From Octopus sinensis (taxonomy: Eukaryota), in NCBI RefSeq assembly GCF_006345805.1, contig NC_043003.1, forward strand, positions 84,134,001 through 84,198,000: a stretch of 64,000 nucleotides of DNA, in the 5' to 3' direction. Within the stretch, counting starts at the first letter, position 1. Every line of letters begins with the position of its first letter. Positions 12,447 through 26,645 of the stretch are shown here, piece after piece. A model generated the notes under the pieces. It had not been told where the DNA came from and did no database searches. It saw nothing but the letters and a program-made list of their open reading frames with translations. Both the position numbers and the translations under genes were made by a program.

Positions 12447-13289
12447 ATATTCTTTCAACTATATTAGTGACAAAAAGGGCAATTTTAAGGGAGGTGGTAC
12501 TTATTTTATTGATCCTGAAAGAATATAAGGCAAAGTCAAACTCGATGGAATCCGAACTTAGAAAGTAAAGTGCCAGAAGAAACGCCATTAAATATTTCGT
12601 CCGACTCTGACGTTTCTAGCAGCTCACTTGTTAATCTATTTTATATTACAGTTCTCGCTCTAATTCACTAACACTATATAAATAAATGTGCCAGCAATAA
12701 CAATTTCAATGAAAGGTTTGCCTAGTCATGACGTAAATGCATTTTGGTAGACTAGCTTGTAACCAGATTAAAAGTTAAAAGAAAAAGTAAGCAAAGGTAT
12801 ATCGATAAACTTCAAAATTTACAAATAAAAAGAGAAATTCGACTACAAACGGAAGGAAAACTTTTTAACTATATATTTACAGTGCATATCAGAAATTCAA
12901 TTTCATATCTTCAATCGATTCAAGTTGAAAGGCTAAATGTATTTATTTATAAGCTACTCATTATTAACCATTCATTATTCAAAAAACGCGTTTTCTATTT
13001 GTTTGACTACATTATAAAATATGAGAATATTAATTGAGATATTGTATGCCATTACACAACTTTTGTTGGCGCAGTATCAAGGGACTATGCTTTTCTCCCA
13101 ACTATAAAAGAACCCTTGAGAATATTCATATAATAACGGCTGTTTTACAGCAATGTATTCGGTTGCAGAACATGAGAAATCTACTACATGAACTTTAAAT
13201 AGTAGTTCATCAGTAGTTGATTTTGTGACTCTTCTGTTCTCAGTGTCATACGTACTTAAACTTCACAATTTAACTATATTCCTTCATTC

Positions 13290-13610
13290 TTTAACTTGTT
13301 TCAATCATTGGACTACGACCATACTGAGACACCGCCTTGAAGGATTTACTTGAACAAATCGTCATCAATACTTTGGCGAACCACTATTGTACGTCCCCGT
13401 AATTTAGCAGTAAGTGGGGAAGCAAAGAGAAATACACACACACATACATACACATGAAGGGTTGTCATAATTTATGTCTACCAAATTCAGTTATAAGGCA
13501 TTGGATAATCCAGTGCTATAGAAGAAAACATTTGTCTAAGGTGTTGTGAAGTGGACTGAAACTGAAGATATGTGATTACGAAGCAGTAGACAATCAGTGC
13601 CTGAAAACCG
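13290..13610 (-). mobile_element. Degenerate SINE family B copy
   Basis: TTAACTTGTTTCAATCATTGGACT..CCATACTG..GACACCGCCTTGAAGG...ACGTCCCCGTAATTTAGC...CCAAATTCAGTTATAAGGC on the + strand. Confidence 0.75.
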
Positions 13611-13873
13611 ACACCGCGAAACCAATGAAACTTCACACGATAACTCGCATTGCTCTTATTCTCCCTCTCTTTGATATGTGTGTGTATGTGTGTACATACA
13701 CACACATACACACACAAACATTCGTTCATATACACACAACCAAATACATATTTTGTCAGTAAACCCTAATTATTTCTTTACAACTAAAAGTTTCGCCTAG
13801 TTGACTTAAATCGACCGTACTTAACAGCTTATATACTATTATATTGCATGTTAATCATATGATAAATTTGTGA

Positions 13874-13919
<46 letters not shown>

Positions 13920-16204
13920 ATATCCCTTTGTTCTTCATAAGATGTAAACCAAAAAATAATTACCATTCCAGATACCACATTAACATGGTCTACATGCTCT
14001 TATACGTTTTCCAACGGATCCCACAATAATTCATTGCTTTTCCAAATTGCCCGCAGAACTTGCTTTATTATCAACTGTACACCAAAAGTAGTGCCCCGGC
14101 ATGGCTTTGGCCGTGAGGGCTAAAGTGAGTTAAAGAACTACTGACCTCAAATCCTGCACGCATATTATCTACTTTTAAAACATGTTATTGTTCCTGTCTA
14201 ACTTATGGCCAACACTAACTGAGCAGATCTAAAACCAAAAACATTCCATCATATTCCAAATATAACCATAAAGTTTTTTTAAGGGATATGAAGTATTACA
14301 TTGGTCTTAGGCAAGACAATAAACTCCGCCCGGCGAGAAAACCCCAGCTCGGGCATTCAGGAGCCTTGGGGAGTGTGAAGTTACCCATTAGTCACCAATT
14401 CACTTAGTTCCACTTTGGCTCAAGATGCTAGTACCTGTTAAGGGCCTCGTTATGTATCACGTAGCAGAAGGTGGTCCTGTGATGAGGGGCTATAGGATTC
14501 GGAGTAGGGTTAGGGTTAGGGTCAAGCTTCTAGACATGTAACATACATGTGATCGTGCCCTGATATCACTTGGACCAGTCCTCATGCCTAAGTATTAAAT
14601 AGGCTATGTGCCTTAACGGTTATTCCGGAAGAACATGAAACTAGCAGAGTAAACTGTAAATAAACAGAAGGAAATAGCAAACCATTGCTGTTTCTTTTCT
14701 CCACAGACTTTGGCATATGGAGAGAGAAGGAGGAGAGAGAAGAGAGAGAGAAGAAGTAGTGGTGTTATTTGAAAAAAGATTGCTACTGCTATTTCTAGCG
14801 TGCCGTGCGACCACCTAAAGGCTCCAACATTGGTTCGTTTCAGTACGAGTTAGAAATGAATGTATTATACGTAAAAGAATGAGGAAGAAGATTCTTCCTA
14901 AAATATAATATTCAAAATTAATCCTGGCTCTTTGCCGAAGAAAACTTCAACACAAGACTGTCTTTAATTATTCATTAACGATTTTGCCTTCTCTTATTGT
15001 TATTGCTTTCGTCGTCGTTGTTGTTGCTGTTGTTGTTGCTGTTGTTGTTGTTGTTATTGTTGTTGTTGTTGTTTCTATTCGTCTATCAATGTATTCTTTC
15101 TGTATGGTTATTCATTGAATTTTGGATACATTCCAAGAGAATTATTGACAGTTTCTTTAAATGATGTCTCCATATCTGAATTTTTGATCTGATGATTGTG
15201 GTGGTGGTGGTGGTGTCGGTGGTAGTGACAGTGGTGGTTATAATGGTGGTTGTGTTGGCTGGTAGGTGCGTTGGTGTTAGTCGTGGCTGTGGTGATGATG
15301 TTGGTGGCGGCGGTGGCGAGACGGCGGCGGTGGCGAGACGGCGGCGGTGATAATGGTGATCTGTTGGTGGGTATGGCAGTGCTATGTGTGAGTGTATTTG
15401 TGTGTGTGTGTGTGTATTTGTGTGTGTGTGTTTGTGTGTGTATGTGTGTGTTTATGTTTATGTTTATGTTTTCCAGTTTCAGCTCTTGAGCTGTGGCCAT
15501 GCTGGGGCACCGCCGTGTGTATTATTCTTTTAAAATATGGAATATAAACAACGAAATCATCCTGACTGAATATTATAAAGCCAACAGCACCACGATTAGT
15601 GTCACCACTATTACAATCATCAACACAACCATTATTAACACCAATGGTACCACCACCACCACCACCACTACCATCATCTCCAACACTATTAATACAACCA
15701 CTGCCACCACTACTACGATACTCACAAGTATGTTCTCTCAGGGCTGACCTGAGACTAAACAATAGCCACAAACACTACTCAATTAACCATGGTGATGACG
15801 ACGGCGATGCTGCTGCTGCTGCTGATGATGATGGTTATGATGATGGTAGAGGTAGGAGGTGAGTGATAAAGATGATACTAATTGTTAATGAAGATGGTGA
15901 TAATAACGATATCTAACGTAAGAAAGCGATCATAGATTTGGTGAAACTTCAATTGCTGACGTGTATTTTATCAAACACAGAATGGCAAAAAAAAAACTAA
16001 ATGTTCCCCCGAGGAAATTTAAACACAGATGACAAATAGCTGAAACTAAACACTGCTTCACTAATGACGTTGATCAACCTGCCTAATGATAACAATACAA
16101 ATAATAATAGCTATAAGATGCAAAATGAGAATGTGAGTGAAAAAGAATCACCACACCAGAATCATGGCCCCCAGCATAATTGGTGGATATCATTTATGAA
16201 GACA

Positions 16205-16422
16205 AGGCGGCGAGCTGGCAGAATCGTTAGCACGCCGGACAAAATGATTAGCGGCATTTCATCTATCTTTACGTTCTGAGTTCAAATTCCACCGAGATCA
16301 ATTTTGCCTGTCATCCTCTCGGGGTCGTCAATAAGATAAATTACCAGTCAAATACTGGGGTCAATGTAATCGACTTCCCTTTCTCTCAAAAACTGCTGTC
16401 CCGAGTGCCAAAATTGGAAACC
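16205..16422 (+). mobile_element. SINE family A copy
   Basis: AGGCGGCGAGCTGGCAGAATCGTTAGCA head, GAGTTCAAATTCC B-box, central TTTGCCTGTCATCCTCTCGGGGTCG domain, tail ending GTGCCAAAATTGGAAACC. Confidence 0.9.
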
Positions 16423-16437
16423 ATCATTTATTTAGAC

Positions 16438-16788
16438 TAGGGGTTCTCAACCACTTTTTATCTACGAACCTTTTTGATTAATATTTTATCCTGGTGGGCC
16501 TCCTAGTCATTCGATGTTTAAAAACTAGTTTTATAGAAACTTCTTTCAAAATTCCTATTTTGTTATTCACACATTAACTTGATTGGTTAAACTATGTAAA
16601 ACGTCAGAGAAAGAAACCTAGCTGTTTCTTGCAATACATACCAATACATACAGCTACAGCAAAATTTTTTCCAGGGTCCTTAAAATACTCCTGTGGGTCC
16701 TCAGTTTACTATTTTCTTGCGTGGTCCCTCCCTCATAAATCTTATATGGACCTTCAAGGGCCATATAGATCCCGATTGAGAACCACTG
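16438..16788. mobile_element. hAT (Charlie-like) MITE, 351 bp
   Basis: TIRs TAGGGGTTCTCAACC / GATTGAGAACCACTG; 8-bp TSD ATTTAGAC (16430-16437) / ATCTAGAC (16789-16796), fitting the NTCTAGAN target preference. Confidence 0.9.
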
Positions 16789-16856
16789 ATCTAGACAATA
16801 ATGGGAGTTAGAGACTAATAGTTTGGGATTGATGAAGTCTTCAGTACCTGCTTCAA

Positions 16857-17181
16857 GGTGAGGGCGCGTGGCTTAGTGGTTAGGGCATTCGGCTCATGAT
16901 CGTAAGGTTGTGAGTTCGATTCCCGGCGACGCGTTGTGTCCTTGAGCAAGACACTTTATTTCACGTTGCTCCAGTCCACTCAGCTGGCAAAAATGAGTTG
17001 TACTTGTATTTCAAAGGGTCAGCCTTGTCACTCTCTGTGTCACGCTGATTATCCCCGAGAACTACGTTAAGGGTACACGTGTCTGTGGAGTGCTCAGCCA
17101 TTTGCACGTTAATTTCACGAGCAAGCTGTTCCGTTGATCGTATCAGCTGGGACCCTCGTCGTCGTAACCGGCGGAGTCTTT
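16857..17181 (+). mobile_element. CORE-type SINE (C2) with family-C tail and 12-bp TSD
   Basis: TSD TACCTGCTTCAA at 16845-16856 and 17182-17193; GGCTTAGTGGTTAGGGC A-box, GAGTTCGATTCC B-box, TCCTTGAGCAAGACACTT core; 3' half nearly identical to family C. Confidence 0.93.
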
Positions 17182-17519
17182 TACCTGCTTCAAAGTAGGT
17201 AACCAGAACACAAAAGCTAGAGCAACAAAATTCAATGATTTTGATCAGAATCAGTACGCTGACTTGTTACTAAAGGGTAAAGCAATATTTATTCTCAAAA
17301 GTAAAATATAAACAGCACCCACCTGAGACTCTGAAAACTACAGACCTGTTTATCTTTAATATATACATCCCTGTCATCATTGTATATACTCTCCAAGAGG
17401 CTGGTAGTTCATTTAGCAGATATTAATGTTTTACAAGATGAACAGAGAGGGTAGTGGAGTGGATGTATGTTTGTGAAGGTACTGACTGCTATTGTACAGA
17501 ATCGTGTTTTGAAGAGAGC

Positions 17520-17699
17520 AATTGAAAAGCAAAAATCTAAACACAACTTTCGACAGCATACCACATTCCTGGATACTGAAAATACTACTAGACAAACAAA
17601 ACAGACCTAATACTATGGCAACATACACACATACATTTACAAACATGCATATAGACACATACACACCTACATGCGCGTGTGTGTGTGTGTGTGTGCGCG

Positions 17700-17757
<58 letters not shown>

Positions 17758-19260
17758 CAACGCCATGTCAAAATGGAAAACATCAAGAACACTGTAAGAT
17801 AAAGAGAAGATAATTGAAAGGAAACTGTAGTATCTTTTTCATAAGAGAAATCTTTCAAGGAGAATCCTTATCGCTACAATTCTTATGCTTACCTAGCTCT
17901 GACTTGATTAGCAAATCTGTTGAATGAAACCAGTAATCACTCTAAATGTTAACGACAAACTATACGGTAACTTCTGTATGGAGGATTTATTTATAAGCTC
18001 AAAATAAATTCAAAAGTGATTTCAAGACGTGTTGGAGATTTGAGAAATGAACAAAAGGTTTCCCCAAAAGATGCAAATAAACGAAAGCTCGAAGTATTTA
18101 CTTAAATATAGACGCTGAAAAGACAGAATTAAAATAGAATTACCCATACAAGTACTTAGCAATAGATGAATTTCATAAAATGTAATACACAAAAAACGAA
18201 GTGGAAAAGTTAAAACGAATTACTGCAAGTGATTCAGATTAATGATAAAAACTGGATTCAGTCAGTGTCAGCAACTAGATTATAAATGCACTTATCATTT
18301 AATTTTTTAATTCACAGCTTCAAAATAGTAAATTTAAAGTGTCATGAACTAAAGAGTTTCGGTAGGAAAATCAAATAAATATATATTGTATTTAGAAATA
18401 CATCTCTAATAATACAGAAAAGATATACCGATCAAGCAGACATGGAGATTATGCTTTGTGCAATTAGAGAACTTTTACAAAGTAACAAGAGCAGATCGTT
18501 GAAGAACACTTCAAAATCAGGCAAAAATGTACTTAATATAAAGAGACAGAACAAAATGAAAAAAAATCTGTGGATACGAATGCGATAAAGAAATTTGTCG
18601 CCAATTACATTGGATGAAAAGATTTAGTTCAAAAATAAAATAATATAAAAGATAAAGAGAAACAGAGGATAGTATCACAGCAGAAAACTGAAAGATGTTA
18701 AAGAAAGGTTGGAAAAAGAAACCTCTCCATGAACCAATACCATACTACATGATTAGAGAAAAGTGAGCCAAAAATATAGCCTGATAATGACTCGAAAGAG
18801 CGGGAGTAAAGGCAGCTGTTGAAGGTCTGATTTCAGTTAGAGAAGATCAATGTCTAGCCAGAAAAAAAAAAAGTAAAACTACCAAAATAAAATAATAAAT
18901 TAGAAGCTGACATGCAATCGGCTGAACGAAAAGCAATAAAGCACATCAGTTATGGCTGCCAAGTCCCCAAGAAAAAGAAAAAGAAAAAAAACCAATTTTT
19001 TAAAAGAAAGAAGAATATATCTATACACAAGACCGCATGGATAGCGATAACTACTTTTAGCTGATGTGAAAGACACAGAACTAAGAAGCTGAAAGTTTCC
19101 ACTTTAGCCAATATGCTGATACTTTGGAATTCAAAACTATCCTTCAGTATGCACCAGACCTGGTATATGACAAAGACCTGATAATCTGCAATACGCTTGT
19201 TCGGGCTAATGAAGGAAATTACAGAGAAACTCTGATATTATAATCAATAAGGAAAAGAAA
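17520..19260 (+). mobile_element. Decayed R4/Dong-like (RLE) non-LTR retrotransposon: RT, CCHC and endonuclease remnants
   Basis: Collinear peptides: TFDSIPHSWILKIL (17540s), MSKWKT (17765), IREIFQGESLS (17841), MEDL (YMDD position, ~17980), PYKYLAIDE (~18145), GVKAAVEGLISVREDQCL (~18805), IKHISYGCQ (~18937), PDLV (~19155). Interrupted by a (CA)/(TA) microsatellite at 17620-17755. Confidence 0.8.
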
Positions 19261-20469
19261 TCCCAAGCACTTTGACAGATATCTCACTGTTCTCTCTAAA
19301 AGTACATGGGAAAGCTTTTAGGATACGAAGTCCTCGATACTGAAATAACCAAGATGCAGAGTATCACAGTAAAAACAGTACCAATGATAATTTGTACAGC
19401 TGATATGATTAAAACAATTATGAACGAAAATTTAGTAAAACTACGCTCAACTTTTTTTGCGTATCAAGTTGATCTCAATTTTACCCACAGTTCAAAATAT
19501 AACTCCATTACTCACAACATACATTCAATAAGGCAGCTTATACGACACACATTCTATACTGTCGTCATTTCTTAATACAACATTACAACTCATACAGCAC
19601 ATGTTATAATTAGTAATCACTTCATTCTTTTAAAATACTTTTAATTAACTAAACACTGTAGAGTATTTTAAGGATTCCCATAATGATAATAACACCACCA
19701 ACAACAATAACAATTGCTTCTAACACAGGCATATGGCCAAAAATTGAGAGAGAAATGAAGAATTGATTAAATTGACCCCAGTTCTTGATCGATTCTTTAT
19801 TTTATCGACTCGGGAAGGTTAAAAGGTTAATTTGACTTCGGCGGTATTTCAACTCAAGATGTAAAGATACTGCAAAAGTAACAATACTGAAAGTTAATTT
19901 TTCCGACGCTCTACCGATTATTGCTAATCCACAATAATCGTTTCCAACATGAAAACAAGACCTGAAATATTGGGAAGGAATTAGTTGATTCTAGCACATG
20001 CCAGATATTTTATTCTATCCGCTCTAGAACAATGGAAAACAAAATTGACCTCGGCAGCTTCCGGAAAAATAACGTAAGGTTTTTTACCCGACACTCTAAC
20101 GGTTCTACCAGCTCACTGCCTTTACAACAACAATATCTTTTTCCTTTATTTACCACAAGGACTATTAGTAAGGGAACATTACACAAACAAATGTTAATAG
20201 TTATAATGAGAGTAGTTGTTGGTAGTATTGTAATATTTTTACGACGCAATAACCACGAAACTAAGAAGCTCAAAGTTTCCACTTCAGTACTCCCATGACT
20301 ATCAGCAAGAGACCAATTAATTGTGATGGAAGGTGGGGTGTTATTGAAACATCAGTATCCATTATTGTTGGCCATACACCGCACCACCTCCTTTTACTGA
20401 TTTTAACCTTTGAAAAGCTGTTAAAACACTAGACTTACAAATAATAGCTAATTTAATGATTTTTACGAG

Positions 20470-20780
20470 CCACACAGATTGAAAAGGTCGGCTGTTTCTC
20501 TTTCATTCCTACAAAACGTTAAGTGGATGAGAAAACGAGTGTATGGATTGCCGAGCAGATAGTTTACCAAAGAAGAAGCAGAAAGATCGTTGGATCGTAT
20601 ACTATCAGAGGTGCTGGTGTATAATTTACCGACGAAAGCAGCTGAGAATTCGTTGGATCGTATACTACCAGCTGCGCAATAGGCACTCGATGTGTTCACT
20701 GGAACAACTAGAAGGAACAACAAAATCCCTTCAAACTACACCCTACTGTTCGTGAATAAATGAGGATGTGTTGGACAATA
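20470..20780 (+). mobile_element. Possible RTE-like LINE 3' remnant with an internal 57-bp duplication
   Basis: VYG...FTKEEAERSLDRIL...AENSLDRIL resembles the LLYG..W.LTK..E..LD..YT motif after RTE-type RT; TCGTTGGATCGTATACTA(T/C)CAG occurs twice. Confidence 0.4.
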
Positions 20781-20985
20781 TACTTTTATGTACTTACACA
20801 CATAAAGGAGGAGATGGTCACGATTGGGAAGTCTTTGTTAATAGGCCTGCTCAATCAAGACTGACCTGAGGCTCGTATTCTTAGGTCGGCGGATTGTAAA
20901 CTGCCAGTAGTGCTGCATATGTCCATGCACAAGACATACAGCTCCCAACGGCTATGTTTGCCTAGGTGATCACACAAACACACAC

Positions 20986-21021
<36 letters not shown>

Positions 21022-21371
21022 GCACACACACACACACACACACGCACAGACACACACACATATACGACGGACTGCTTTCGGCCCGACGTTATAGTAGAAG
21101 ACAATTGCCTAAGGTGCCACGAAGTGGGACGAAAACCGGAACCATGTGGTTAAAAAGCAAACTTCTTTAAAAAAAATTCAACATTAGCTTAGAGGATCAT
21201 ACGCTATATTTCAATAGAGTTTCATATTTATTTCTTTGACAAGGCAAAGGTTAACAACGACTTCGAAACAACAATCAATTTGATGGGGGCAACTGAAATG
21301 AAACTTCAAAATCACTCTCTGGTTTTTCCTTGTACATACATTCATTACGTACACATATTATTGTTTGTGTG

Positions 21372-21441
<70 letters not shown>

Positions 21442-21989
21442 ATACACACATATATATACTCATATGTATATATATACATTGGCCTTCTCGCTCAGCCAGC
21501 CGGGTGGCGTCATTTGAAGGCTAAAACAATGCGAAGCGCATTGTGACTAGCGATGTGTAACAGCATCTGATAGCCTGGTCGGTCACGGTGACCACGGTGA
21601 TATATATACATATATAGATTTAACTTTGATCCGTTAATAATAATAACAGTAAGATGAATAGCCTGAGGACACACTGGTGGATTTATGTAATAGGTATAGC
21701 CTAGATAAACACACCACCAGCGCAGAAACACGTGTTGCATTGATTAATATTATCTTCTTTCCCCACAGACTAACAACAGGTAAGGTATATATATTTTTTC
21801 AAATATTTTTAAATAAGCTTTTTAAATAATTTTATTGTAGTTTATAGTAGGTTTTAAAATGCTTATATTATTTTAGCATTATATAGGATATATAATGTAT
21901 ATCTTTCTATGTATATTCCAGACAATTAGGTTGTCCTGAAAGAAGAGTTGCGGTTCCATTGGTAAAATCCCAAATATGTAATGATATTA

Positions 21990-22165
21990 TAAATGAGACT
22001 CTTTACATTGCATTAGTAAGTGCAAAATAGTAAATGTCCTGATAACCTGGAATACTTATCATTCCCTAAGTTTTTTTAAAAATATACATACATATATATA
22101 TATACATACATATATATGAATACATACATATATATAAATACATACATACATATATATATATATAT

Positions 22166-22236
<71 letters not shown>

Positions 22237-22299
22237 CATAAGTATATCAATACACACATATATATATACACAAATACACACACACACACACACACACAC

Positions 22300-22345
<46 letters not shown>

Positions 22346-22402
22346 TATATATATATATATATAGATAAACATATATATATATTATATATGTACGTGTATA
22401 TA

Positions 22403-22446
<44 letters not shown>

Positions 22447-22683
22447 GTATATATGTACGTATGTATGTATTATGTATGTATGTATGTATGTATGTATGTA
22501 TGTATGTATGTATGTATGTATGTATATGAGAAATGCACAAACAGAGAATGGGAGAGATTTATTTGGTTGGGTTTTTTCCCAAATGACCTTATTTTTTTTT
22601 CTGTCACATTTATCAACCAATTAAGTACAGTAATTAACTGGTTTCAAACTTTAATGAGACATTTTTTGCGCATATACATATAC

Positions 22684-22743
<60 letters not shown>

Positions 22744-22760
22744 ATAATCTGTGTGGTGTC
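21990..22760. repeat. Large compound (TA)n/(CA)n/(TATG)n microsatellite field (similar fields at 5360-5730, 8500-9150, 53110-53580)
   Basis: Direct inspection of the sequence. Confidence 0.95.
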
Positions 22761-22918
22761 TATATGGATGTATGAATGCGCATGTAGTTATATATTTAAC
22801 AACACCCAGTTTCGTAGATATAATGTCAGAAGAGAGAAGGAAAAGATGTGGCTTGAAAGGTTTGCATTACAAACGCATAGTGGTATCTGTGCATACAATA
22901 GTATCAAACTACGCTGCC

Positions 22919-22958
<40 letters not shown>

Positions 22959-23709
22959 CGCACTTACTCTCCGCGCAATCACACACACTCTCTCTCTCAG
23001 TCACTCTGTGTTTCTTTGTCTTTTTCTCACATATACATAAAAGTCTGTCACAATATTATTCCTCACATCTGTTTTCATGATTAGAAAGATAATAGAAAAG
23101 ATACAGAGAGAATGTTGAGAAAGTTAGAGGGAGTTCTTCTCAATGAGATCTATCTACATGTTAATCTCGTTGTTTCTCTTATTCTTCTTATTTTTTTGTG
23201 GGGGAATGTTATTCATTTAGCTATTTTCATGTCGTACTATTCTTGTTTTCTCTCTTTCTACAATAACAGATGGAAGTTATCAACACTGCAGTGCGCTTAG
23301 GAAATGATGAAGACGACGATGATGACGACGACGACGACGACAACGAAGAAGCTGATTTTATAGTGGTTGATCAGGTCAACTTTTATTTGGAATAGAACTT
23401 AACAGTTGTTCTGTTTCGCAGAAACATTCAAAAGACACATCATCTAGCGGGTGAAACGAAGCCAAAATTTGTAATGTGAGATATTTTATCGCGTGTACTG
23501 ATTTTTCCAAAATGATGGTCTTAAAAAGCAGTCTTTGTCTTTAAATACACTTACATACATACATACATATATACATACATAGGTAAGGATATTAAGAGAT
23601 GGTGAGAAAGAAGGAGAGAGACTTTTAGAAAGCTATTTAGAAAGATGCAAGGCATCTTATATGGGGGAATTTAATAGATGTAGGAACTGATAGATAGATA
23701 GATAGATGA

Positions 23710-23741
<32 letters not shown>

Positions 23742-24388
23742 AGAGAGAGATAAAAAGAGATAGATAGATAAAGGGAGATAAAGAGTGAGAGATAAAGAGA
23801 GACATAAATAAAGAGAGAGAGATAGATAAAGAGAGAGAAATAGAGAGATAAAGAGAGAAAGAGAGAGAGATAAAAAGAGAGAGAGATAGGAAGATAAAGA
23901 TATTTTGAACGTGCATGTAAGAGTATCTTTTCAGATAGATATTCTGTCAAAAGCATTTACAATATGCTCAGTACGCTCTTTTTGTTTTTTATGTGCCAAA
24001 AGCACTCCAGTTGGGGTTTCCTATTTTCACGAAAGAGCACAATTATGTTAGGAAATAGGGCGCTTGATTGACTAAGCTGAACAGTATTATTAGGTGGACC
24101 ACATTAAATTCGATTCTAGAGCTGAGACCAATACAAGAGAGAGAGAGTAAATCCCAAGCAGTAACGTTAGCTCGTTATTTCGATGACCCAAGATGTGGAT
24201 TACAAACAGTAAAGTTTAAAAGGGAAATCACAGTCAACATTTTGGAAAGGATAGTTAAGCAAGACTGTTAAGGTATTATAGTTTTCAAGCACTCTCACCT
24301 GATTTTATTAATTTTTGAACCTCTTTTAGCGAAACCTATACCACTTGCGCGTTATAAATAATTGTTCTTAATATATTGGGTAAAAATA

Positions 24389-24566
24389 TAAGGCACTGAG
24401 CAAAATGCTTAGCGGTATTTCGTCCGTCTTTACGTTATGGGTTCAAATTCCGCCGAGGTCGACCTTGCCTGTCATCCTTTCGGGGTCGATAAAATAAGTA
24501 CCAGTCGACTACTGGGTCGATGTGATTAACTTACCCCCTCTCTTCTTGTGCCAAAATTTTAAACCG
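24389..24566 (+). mobile_element. SINE family A copy with 17-bp TSD
   Basis: TSD TATATTGGGTAAAAATA at 24372-24388 and 24567-24583; B-box GGTTCAAATTCC and central domain present. Confidence 0.9.
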
Positions 24567-24748
24567 TATATTGGGTAAAAATACACTGAGACAGAAAAAA
24601 AAGTGCTGGGAATAAAATCAATATAGCGATCGAAGTATGCGTTCAGATTATGTCTGACGGCTTTGATACCAGAACACCAAAGTAGACTTGAAAACTTCTA
24701 ACCCTCGTAATCAGAAGCTTTTACTGTACAACATATACATAAATATAT

Positions 24749-24815
<67 letters not shown>

Positions 24816-24989
24816 GTATACTATGATTACTAAGTGTTTAGGTATGAAGTTGTGAACATCAAAATCAATTGACATCCTGGTGGTCAAAAATAGCAACCTT
24901 TTGATTGACATGCCCATATTTCGAAGTTTTGATTGACACGCCGGTATTTCGAGGCTTGTGACTCTAAATTATTCTCAATGTTTTGACTT

Positions 24990-25465
24990 TAACCCATCTG
25001 GGTTCAAAAATAAAGTATCAGTGAAATACTGGAGTCAATGATATCGACTAACCACCTACCTCAAAATTGTTGGCCTTGTATCCAAATCAAACGTATTATT
25101 ATTAACGTCATTATTTTCGAGGTCAACTTAGCCTTTTTATCTTTTGGTGTTCAACAATATAAAGTAGCAGTGAAGTACAGGTATCGATGGTATTGCCTAA
25201 TCTCGTTCTCTCAAAAACTGCAGGTCTTGTGCCTAAATCAGAAACAATTATTATCAACGACAAGCTTCAGGATCGTTTGTACGACGGACAAAATACTTAG
25301 AGGCATATATCCTGGCATTATGTTTTGTGTTTAAATTCCGCTGAGGTCGACTTAGCGTTTCAACGTTGTGGGTCGATAAAATAAGTACCAGCTGAGCACT
25401 AGGGTCTATATACTCGACTAATCACCTCTTCCAAAATTTCAAACCTTGTGCCTTTAGTAGAAAGG
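24990..25465 (+). mobile_element. Cluster of about 3 degenerate SINE family A copies
   Basis: Repeated degenerate GAGGTCRACTTAGC..TTT..GGGTCGATAAAATAAGTACCAG...GGCCTTGTGCC blocks at ~24990, ~25110 and ~25285. Confidence 0.75.
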
Positions 25466-25906
25466 ATTATTATTACTACCTCATTAGAGTTATCTACCCT
25501 TTCATATGCTCATAGATCTTAAATGCCTCCACAAAGCCATTTGTCCAAAAATTGCCTGAATAAGATGTGTTAATTTAAGTTTTTCAACTGACTGTATCAC
25601 ATACACGAGACACTAAAGTATGGGTATTTAGTATGCAGAATGATTCCCTAAGGTATTTTCCATCAGCCACATTGTCGATTGTTGATTTTATCGGTTTTTC
25701 GACTTTGCATCTCACAATCCTCATGTATTCTTATTTTCTGTGTCTAAAGCTATGGATCTCTTCACAGTTAGGTGGAACGAGGCAGTGTGTATAGCATATC
25801 TTGGCCACAGACGTATACAAAGCATTGCTCGTAGTAGTTCAACATTTAACTCGGCAAGCTCTCTCTCTCTCTCTCACTCTTTCTCTCTCTCTCTCTCCCT
25901 CTCTCT

Positions 25907-25942
<36 letters not shown>

Positions 25943-26249
25943 TTTCGTCTCTCTAAATGTCTCCTTTGCGTTATGATGATTCTGCAATGTTTGTGAGTTA
26001 TGCTGTCACACAGACTCGGAGATTATGAATAATGCAACTGATTATCTAGTGGTTCATGAAACATCATAACAAAGAGTCAAAGTCCCATAAAAGCATTGAT
26101 CTCTATCAGGACTAAGACACATTTCTACATGCATAAAACATAACTACTAAGTCCCATAAACCAACATCAGATATAAGTAAAATGGTGTTGCTAACAAGTC
26201 GATACACCAGTTGACAGAAATCGATATGCACAACGCGGCGTAGTTTTTC

Positions 26250-26296
<47 letters not shown>

Positions 26297-26449
26297 GCGT
26301 TATCATTATCATTTTATTTATTGGCTTTGCTATTTTTTGTTGCAATCATTAATTTCGTCATTTTTTTGTTCGATCTTAATTCCCCACTGCATTTGTCTTT
26401 CGTATTTCGCTTGTTTCCAAACTCTTATGCCCTTGTGGCTAACAAAAGA

Positions 26450-26480
<31 letters not shown>

Positions 26481-26599
26481 GTTATTATTATTATTGTTGT
26501 TGTGGTTGTTGTTGTTGTTATTATTGGATTGGCAGAATTGTTAGGGCATCAGAAAAAGTGTAACGCTGAATTTTTACGTTCTGGGGTCAAATCTCATCG

Positions 26600-26645
<46 letters not shown>

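Noticed and set aside
14547-14706. Exons defined by acceptors at 14654 (-) and 14706 (+)
   Set aside because: The minus candidate has stops in all frames, and equally strong acceptors occur back-to-back on both strands, showing how often such tracts arise by chance in this DNA.
21926-21950. mariner TIR-like TTAGGTTGTCCTGAAAG
   Set aside because: No matching second TIR or transposase sequence nearby; too short to call.
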